A stretch of DNA of 35,891 nt, from NCBI RefSeq assembly GCF_001194135.2, contig NC_068999.1, forward strand, positions 24,316,964 to 24,352,854, in the 5' to 3' direction. The notes under the pieces were generated by a model that searched no databases, was not told the origin of the DNA, and was given only the letters and a program-made list of their open reading frames with translations. A program made the position numbers and the translations under genes. Below, in pieces: positions 34,885-35,891 of this stretch; positions within the stretch are counted from its first letter, which is position 1; every line of letters begins with the position of its first letter. This DNA comes from Octopus bimaculoides. Lineage: Eukaryota.

Positions 34885-35250
34885 CATGCTGGTGGTACAT
34901 AAAAAGCACCATTTGAGTGTGATCATTTCCAGCTTCGCCTTGCTGGCACTTGTGCCGGTGGCATGTGAACAAAACATTGGACTGGCTCCTGTGCAGGTGG
35001 CATGTAAAAAACACCATTTGAGCGTGGCCGTTACTACTACCGCCAAACTGGCTCTCGTGCCGGTGGCACATAAAAAGCACCCACTACACTCTTGGAGTGG
35101 TTAGCATTAGGGAGGGCATCCAGCTGTAGAAACTATGCCAGATCAGATTGGTGTAACCATCTGGTTCGCCAGTCCCCAGTCAAATCGTCCAACCCATGCT
35201 AGTATGGAAAGCAGACATTAAATGATGATGAAGATGATGATGATGATGAT
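34885..35250 (+). mobile_element. 5'-truncated RTE 3' end with (GAT)n tail
   Basis: Collinear with 2037-2483. Confidence 0.9.
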
Positions 35251-35291
35251 AATATAATATAATATAATATAATATAATATANNNNNNNNNN

Positions 35292-35341
35292 CAGCTGGAT
35301 GCCCTTCCTAACACCAACCACTCAGAGAGTGTAGTAGGTGC
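35292..35341 (-). mobile_element. RTE 3' end fragment
   Basis: cagctggatgcccttcctaacaccaaccactcagagagtgtagtaggtgc = reverse complement of the tail segment at 35077-35127. Confidence 0.85.
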
Positions 35342-35559
35342 ATACGACAGGTTTCTTTCAGTTTCCACCTCCCAAATCCACTCAGAAGGCATGGTTGATC
35401 CAAGGCCACATTTCCTGGCCTTCTCTTCTTGCTTGCTTTCCCTCTTTCACTTCACTGTGTCTCTTTCATTTTTCTCTCGCCCCTCCTTAATTCTTCTGTC
35501 CCTCTGCCTCTACTTCTCTCTCTTCTCTCCCCATGTGACCGGTGTTCAGCCAGGCCTGA

Positions 35560-35891
35560 CCTTTCTCTCTTGGTTGGACTACTGTCCGTGCAACATCTAT
35601 ATTCCATAAGGCTTTACTTCCACACATGCCAGCTTAATTTAATTCATCCTTAGTCGAAAGACACCTGTTGTTATGTCCTGTTATTTGTATTTGTGTAACA
35701 TTTCTCTGGGGGTTTTTTTTCGATCCTTGTTTTCGTATACATTCGCAGCTTTCTTCCAAGGAATATAATGCTCTTAGCTTATTTTTACTTTGGGGCTGGC
35801 CAGATTGGAGCAATCTTGAGTATAACTGAAATTGTAAAGATAATCTGGAACTCGACTGAGGATAGAAAACTCTGAATGATCCATCCTTGTT
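35560..35891 (-). mobile_element. second copy of the 32811-33245 repeat (runs off window)
   Basis: Reverse complement aligns along 32905-33243 (e.g. gattgctccaatctggccagcccc, aagctaagagcatt, ggacataacaacaggtgtcttt). Confidence 0.85.

Overview
AT-rich, repeat-saturated eukaryotic draft-assembly DNA with seven N gaps. The SINE, RTE-LINE and microsatellite families look to me like an Octopus (coleoid cephalopod) genome; this is from recall, not a search. No host gene can be named. Confident content: a 5'-truncated RTE LINE with RT and its full 3' UTR (17873-19933), several detached copies of that 3' end, and an older inverted RTE copy (~22630-25090). Also a nearly full-length but dead hAT transposase of GTF2IRD2/EPM2AIP1 type (26188-28055, minus), a second hAT remnant, mariner- and piggyBac-type MITEs, about ten copies of one tRNA-derived SINE with an internal microsatellite, and several probable Penelope-like (PLE) termini. 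Weak splice and codon signals suggest exons of an unidentified gene at 5.8-9.2 kb (strand unresolved). A sharp CpG-rich island at ~21.7-22.7 kb looks like a promoter. Best leads: minimal hammerhead-ribozyme-like motifs in PLE-type termini (best at 21070-21106, minus), a tandem RTE 3'-UTR unit that can fold as hairpin plus H-type pseudoknot, and dense inverted repeats that would form dsRNA if transcribed. I see no firm evidence of a wholly new biological system; these structural leads are hypotheses. Most ORF-track entries are microsatellite or N-gap artefacts.
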